From positions 4,526,001-4,590,000 of the forward strand of contig OY986946.1 of assembly GCA_963920595.1 (NCBI GenBank): a stretch of 64,000 nt of DNA. The letters are read 5' to 3'. Under the pieces are notes generated by a model. That model was not told the DNA's origin and made no database searches. It saw nothing but the letters and a program-made list of their open reading frames with translations. The position numbers and the translations under genes were made by a program. Shown here in pieces: positions 55,734 to 64,000 of the stretch (position 1 is the stretch's first letter; the number at the start of each line of letters is the position of its first letter). The DNA comes from Eimeria praecox (Eukaryota).

Positions 55734-57053
55734 GCTGCTACTGCTGCTGCTGCTGCTACTGCTGCTGCTGCTGCTGCTGCTGCAGCTGCTGGAGTATTGG
55801 GGGAGGAGTTGCTGCTTCTTTCCTAGCGAGTTTGCTGTGCGCGATGTAGAGACAGACTGTCTACACATTCTCTGTAGAGCTGTATTACTGTCTCTTCCTC
55901 CTGTGCATGTGAGCAGACAAGACAGAGACAGAGATAGAGATAGAGACAGAGATAGAGATAGAGACAGAGATAGAGATAGAGATAGAGATAGAGATAGAGA
56001 TAGAGATAGAGAGATAATAGAGACAGAGACAGAGAGATAACAGAGACAGAGAGACACAGATAGATAACAGAGACAGAGACAGATAGAGAGATGATAGAGA
56101 CAGAGATAGATAGATAACAGAGACAGAGATAGATAGAAAACAGAGACAGAGACAGATAGATATAATAACAGAGACAGAGACAGAGACAGAAGGGGACAGA
56201 GAAGGGAGAACAGAAGACAGACAAACAGACGAGACGGAGACAGAGACAGAGAGAGAGAGACAGAGGCAGGGAGACAGAGAGACAGAGGCAGGGAGACAGA
56301 GAGACAGAGACAGAGACAGAGAGAGAGAGAGAGACAGAGAGACAGAGAGAGAAAGAAAGGCAGAATATATAAGAGACAGAGACAGCTGTTTGTACAGCAG
56401 CAGATATCTAATTCCCTTAACCCTCACCCCTCAGCTATCTTTCTATGAAGTCGCTTCTAAGACAATTTATACTTATATCTACAGAAATAGAAATAGGGTG
56501 GGGTTGTTGTTTAGGGTTTAGGGTTTAGGGTTTAGGGTTTGGGGTTTAGGTGGGGTTGTTGTTATAAATATGTGTGCTGCAGAGAAACGCCTTCATTAGT
56601 ATTATCTCAGCTCTTAATGAACTGCTGCAGACAGCAACAAAAACGGGGGGCCCCACGACCTCACTAGCAGGGGCCCCTAGCGTACACAACCATGCAGCAG
56701 CAGCAGCAGCAGCAACAGCAGCAACAGCAGCAACAGCAGCAGCAACGGGGGCTGATGCAGGGGGTTGTTGCTGCACTAGTGAGGGAAGGGTGATTGAAGG
56801 GGGGGGAGAGGAGCCGGTTCCCCCCGTGGGGCCCCCTGTGGGGGCCCCCCATGGGGCCCCCCATGGGGGCCCCAAGGGGGCCCCCAAGGGCCCCCCTAGA
56901 TGCCCCTCAGGGGCTACAGGGTGTCTGGAGAGCTGTGGGGCTGCTGAGCTGCTGCGGCATGCGCTGCTGCTGTGGGCGGGGCTTTGGCTGCTTAAGAGCT
57001 GCAGGCCGTCGGTGCGGCAGGCAGTGCTAGGCCACTTCATTGCTCGTGTTTAA
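48518..57053 (+). CDS. OCRL/INPP5B-like protein (degenerate inositol polyphosphate 5-phosphatase + ASH + RhoGAP-like domains), ~1608 aa, 10 exons (48518-48749, 49302-49587, 49867-51048, 51287-51670, 51957-52164, 52447-52603, 52844-53264, 54170-55532, 55786-55908, 56583-57053)
   Basis: Colinear similarity to OCRL/INPP5B: DVVVVGLHQV, LLVYVHPSQLSNI, GGVAARVLIGATAVVF, ILADLRF, RPAW, ERVDTERVKK; ASH-like WLLVDKPEGFLRGGES and VLVLRLEDSRQDLFFCLAASLIPSLLG; GAP-like LPLPKELWWLLSYL and LPPVHRNAFISIISALNELL. All junctions are GT-AG and in phase (4827 nt). Confidence 0.8.
52291..52831 (+). repeat. (TTTAGGG)n tracts in the two introns flanking exon 52447-52603
   Basis: Direct reading; the donor at 52604 is itself GTTAGGGTTTAGGG. 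Confidence 0.92.
53335..53973. repeat. Intronic array of GGGGCCCC palindromes with ~9-12 bp period
   Basis: Direct reading; source of the GPL/GAP ORFs. Confidence 0.85.
56510..56550 (+). repeat. Intronic (TTTAGGG)n upstream of the acceptor at 56582
   Basis: Direct reading. Confidence 0.92.
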
Positions 57054-57073
57054 CTACAGCAGCAGCAGCAGCA

Positions 57074-57104
<31 letters not shown>

Positions 57105-57240
57105 TTGGTGCTGCTGCTGCAGCAGCAGCAACAACAGCAGCAGGTTCTGCGGTGTATACTCTGCTGATTTTTCTGCAATATCTGCAGTTTTTACTCGCAG
57201 AGTTTGTATAATAAAGGCCCTCTATACTCTGTCGGCTGCA

Positions 57241-57292
<52 letters not shown>

Positions 57293-57846
57293 TATAGTAT
57301 AATATATAATATATAATATATAATATATAATATAATATATAATATATAATATATATCTTTAAAAGCCCAAACAGGCATTGAGGCCTGTAGGGTGTAGTCA
57401 GCGTAGAAATAACACAAAAAAGAAACTGTGGCTTCCCCTGCTGCAGCAGCAGCAACAGCAGCAGCAACAGCAGCAGCAACAGCAGCAGCAAAAGCAACAG
57501 CAGCAGCAGCCCGCTTGGTGGCTGCTGCTGCTGTTATTTGTGGGGTAGCTGCCTCTGAGAAGGCCGCACGCTAACAGCTGCTGTACATACAAACCTGCAG
57601 TAGCTGCTGGGAGGCCATCAGAGCAGCAGCAGCAACGCCAACAGCACCAACAGCAGCAGCAGCAGCAGCAGCAAGAGGTGAAGATGTACTACAGGCAATT
57701 GAACTGCTGCTGCTGCTGCTGCTGTGGTTATATGGCTTCTAAATGTTATATTAACAGCTTCTGTCCTTTAGACAGAAAGCAAGATCGTTCTCCTTGATAG
57801 AGCAGCGACAGAAAGACACAGCCTGCAGCACCTCTCACCTCCAGCC

Positions 57847-57886
<40 letters not shown>

Positions 57887-58034
57887 GTGCTGCTGTTTGC
57901 TGCTGCTGCTGCTGCGGTTCTGCTGTAAGCATCGAAGAGAGGCCCCGAAGCCCTCCCCCCCCCCCCCCCCCTTCTTCATGTCCGCCTGTCTGTACAGTCG
58001 AGCAGGATATGTCTGTGAAGATGTGTTTGTTGCT

Positions 58035-58358
58035 TCAGCTTGATGGTGTCAAGGAATTTTTTGTTGCGTTATATCGCAGCTTTCGATAGAGTTGAGTTAA
58101 TTGAACTACCTCATTACAAGCATGACAAGCAAGAAGAAGATTATTTCTTGGTTGAACCATGAAAGCAAAGCGCATAAAGAGTAAGCTGTATATACAGAGA
58201 ACACCTGTCATTCTCTCACTTATATACTCAGGACTCCTCCTCATATCTGATATTCCTGCTATCACAAAACCCCAATTGGCTATGGGACCCCAGAAATGTG
58301 TAGTACAACCATACGTACGAAAATATGTTATGAAATCTGTCCACGCACGGCTTGTCAT
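58035..58358 (-). CDS. MPC1: Mitochondrial pyruvate carrier 1, 107 aa, intronless CDS
   Basis: It has the MPC1 signature [38 protein letters not shown] and LLACHACNE. The first in-frame ATG is at 58358. Confidence 0.93.
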   Translation of the reverse strand: MTSRAWTDFITYFRTYGCTTHFWGPIANWGFVIAGISDMRRSPEYISERMTGVLCIYSLLFMRFAFMVQPRNNLLLACHACNEVVQLTQLYRKLRYNATKNSLTPSS

Positions 58359-59385
58359 GATGATGGGGTAGTCAGAACGTTCAGAAACAAATATAAACCT
58401 CCCTATACACTCGAAAATTAGAAAAATATCATAAAATTGATTCAAATAATAAACTCAAAAACCTTAATCGCCACGTTTAAAGAGAAAACAAAGAAAGATT
58501 CTTCCGTCCGTTTCGTTTGTTTTTGAAGGAAACCTGAACATGCAATGCGAGTTCAGAATGATATATATAAAGGTGCCTGACTCGAAGACAGACAAATAGG
58601 GGTAGAATAAAGAGAATATATAAGTAATTATCGATAAAATAACATAAAAAAGAAACAATTCGAGGCGAAATCGAAGAAGAAGCTAACAGAACAAACAGTA
58701 CAATGGTCGGTTTCTACATACACCGGACATGCAACATGTATGTTTACTGCTGCTATGTATACAGCCCCCTCCTCCTCTTCTTTTATTTTAATTAAATATT
58801 ATTTAATTTAATTTAATTTTGTTTCTTATGAATTACTTAAAATTTAGCGGTTTTCTAGTATGCTGTATTCATCATTACACTCTAATTATCGCTACGACGC
58901 GCCATGTGAGTTGAAGCCATTTACTGTATGGAGCCCGGGGGCTGGTTGAGGCAGAACAAATACTGTAGAATGAAGATAAGAGAGAAAATATTTTCTTTAT
59001 TTGCATTAAATATGAATATAATTAAATTTAAAAATTAATTTAGAAGTTGACGTTTCACTGACATGCGTAGAGCTGCATGCACTGTAGCTGGGATCAACAA
59101 ACTACAACAAACAATAAACCAAATTTGAATAATGTGTATGTTCAGAGAAATCTGACAAGCCGTTAGGGCTTAGATATGAAGTACAATGTAAACTAAGTTT
59201 TAAATTAATTATTTGTTTATTTCGTGGGTCTAAGAGAATTGATGAGAGGTAAAAGACCTTCTAAACTGTTTTTGTTTCTTGCGAGTTGCAACAATTGAAG
59301 AAAACCAAATTTGAATAATGTGCATGCTCAGAGAAAGCTGACAAGCCGTTAGGGCTTATCCTCGTGTCTATCAAAAATGTATACA

Positions 59386-59466
<81 letters not shown>

Positions 59467-59909
59467 TTAGTATTTGTAGCCTAAAGGCTGCAATACATTT
59501 TTGAATACTGCACGATAGCAGTGCAAGTAATGAGGAATCATAAAACAATAAATGATGATGTGGTGTGTATCTGCGTAGACACTACAGCATTTTCTGCAGA
59601 GATTGAGGTGTAATAACAGAGAAATTCATTAATTCCACCATTGACAGAGATAATATTTTTGTAATATCTACTCATGAGACAGCCAAATTGTATCTCTTCT
59701 TCTATTCTATTATTCAACTTCTATTCAAATCTTTCTTCTGAAAGGTATTGTGTCGATACAGAGAAGAAGAACATACTGTATTGACTGCCTTCATAGGTCA
59801 TTAGATATCAACAAACAAAGATAGAGGTGTTTAGAACAGATGTAAAGATACAACGAAACAATACCGTCAAAAAAAGGAAGAGGGAACTGCTCACTGCAGT
59901 TAACACTAC

Positions 59910-59967
<58 letters not shown>

Positions 59968-60195
59968 GAAGATGAAGAAGATATGCTCGAAATATTATCT
60001 AAAACGAATTAATTCAACTTTCTTTCCAAAGAAGGAAGCATTCAACATTCTATCTGAAGAGGAAGAAATATAGTTTTTGAGTAGATTCAAGAAGCTGCAC
60101 GTTATTAAAGATTATCCCACTAAGAACAAATTTAATTTAATTTGAATAAATCTATATTTGAAGGAGAAAGAGAGACGCAGAAAGAATAAAGACAA

Positions 60196-60255
<60 letters not shown>

Positions 60256-60607
60256 ATTAAAGAAATTAATAACAGGCCCTGCGGTAGTAATTAAGAAAAG
60301 CTTGCATACAGAGCAAACCAAACGCCGCCCGAAATACGAATACCCCCATGCAGGAAATAAAAACTTAAAAAACAATTACGAATATTATATATATATATAT
60401 AACATGTATAGATATATATATATATAACATGTATATATATGTATAAATATATTATATATGTATAATATATTACTGCAAATTCATATTTATCGAATACTCA
60501 GCGAAACGAGCAAGAATGAAACAAACACCACAGGAGAGAAGAAGAGCACGTAAGCCAGGATAGAGTTGTATTACATAAATACACAGAAAATATTATATTT
60601 TATATAA

Positions 60608-60652
<45 letters not shown>

Positions 60653-61039
60653 TAATATATATTATATATATTATATATATTAGAGATGAAAAAAAACAAA
60701 ATCCATACACATTGAGACTATAAAATTTAAAGAAGGAATCATAATACGAACAGACGATAGATGATTTGATCTGAGTAGTAGACCTAGCGATATTGTTGCT
60801 GCAGCACTTGCAGCTGTTTCTGCTGTTTTTGTTTTATATTATTATAATATAATTATTATTATTTATTATTAATTGAGCCTCCTAATCTTTAGAAATGGAT
60901 CCGATAAGACCTGTAGCTACTACAACACCCTAAACAAGAAAGTACCTTACCCGTATTTCTATCATCAATCAACACACACTCACTGTATGATGGTTGTTTC
61001 AACTGTAAATATCTATGATCTTGTATAAATATTAAACTA

Positions 61040-63161
<2,122 letters not shown>

Positions 63162-64000
63162 TGGGGGCAGACGGGCTTGCAGCCAACACAAGAAATATGC
63201 AGACTTGAGGAAGAAACAGTAGCAATAACCCTGAAAACAACAGACGACTTCAGCTCTCAGCTTGTTGACGGAATCTGAATACGAATGTTGTTGAACGTAA
63301 CAGTTTCAAGTAGATTGGTCTTAGCTATAGAAGGATCGCAAGATTTAATAGCGGTTTTTAATATAAATTGTTGTCTAATAATAACAAACAATGTTAGATT
63401 ATTATCAAACTGCAGCAGCACGCACACACTCCTGACGGAGAGCGCCGCGCTGCCGACTGACACACAACAACAACAACAACAATCTGTGTGCTGCGCTTTC
63501 AGACAGCAACTCACAGAAACACCAATCATCATTTGAATTAATTTTTAGATATTTCTCATATTTTCCCTCAATTACACTTCTTTCTCAGCAATTTCGCTTC
63601 AAACATTTCCCAGCATACGGTCTGCCTTCCCCCAGGGTCACCTCTCAATGGGGGCTTCTAGAGCCATATAAAAGGATAAGAGCTGTAACCATTGCTTTTT
63701 TAAAGCTCTCTCATCGAAAATATATAATAAAATACAAGGATTCCAGGCATTTTGTGCTCAAGTGCCTGCGAAACATAACAGACAGACAGACACCCCCGAG
63801 AAACTACCTCATCGCAATGGCAGTGCCTCCTAGATCCACCCTACTCGTACACCTAACAAACATGATTTTGGATCCGATATACCCCCACTAATTATCTGTA
63901 ACCTGTCGCAATAGAGACAACTGCGGCTTGATTGGCTTCGCTGCTAGAGAGTAAACCCCAAGTGCCACACGTGCAATCCGCATGCGCCCCCTCCCCATTG

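Overview
This is eukaryotic (apicomplexan, coccidian) DNA with the hallmarks of a repeat-rich Eimeria segment: (CAG)n tracts encoding poly-A/Q/S runs, interstitial TTTAGGG heptamers, TGCATGCA octamers and long (TA)n/(GA)n tracts. Most listed ORFs are microsatellite artefacts. Joining GT-AG introns by hand with phase checks gives eight genes: (1) a hypothetical low-complexity protein; (2) a 210-aa probable mitochondrial membrane protein; (3) a giant ~4,900-aa protein with a SWIM zinc finger, a sacsin-type GHKL ATPase and a C-terminal DUF3883/NO VEIN nuclease-like domain; (4) an 11-exon JmjC dioxygenase; (5) the complex III Rieske Fe-S protein; (6) an OCRL/INPP5B-like protein whose 5-phosphatase active site looks dead; (7) mitochondrial pyruvate carrier MPC1; (8) a secreted Ser/Thr/Gly/Tyr-rich protein. 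The strongest non-coding signals are a highly over-represented dyad GGTGT-N4-ACACC, and an ordered intron layout with sense-strand telomeric G-repeats and (CTG)n next to acceptors, often with (CAG)n upstream. Three ~55-105 bp fold-back elements also sit in one divergent intergenic region. All family assignments come from motif recognition by eye; no database searches were run.
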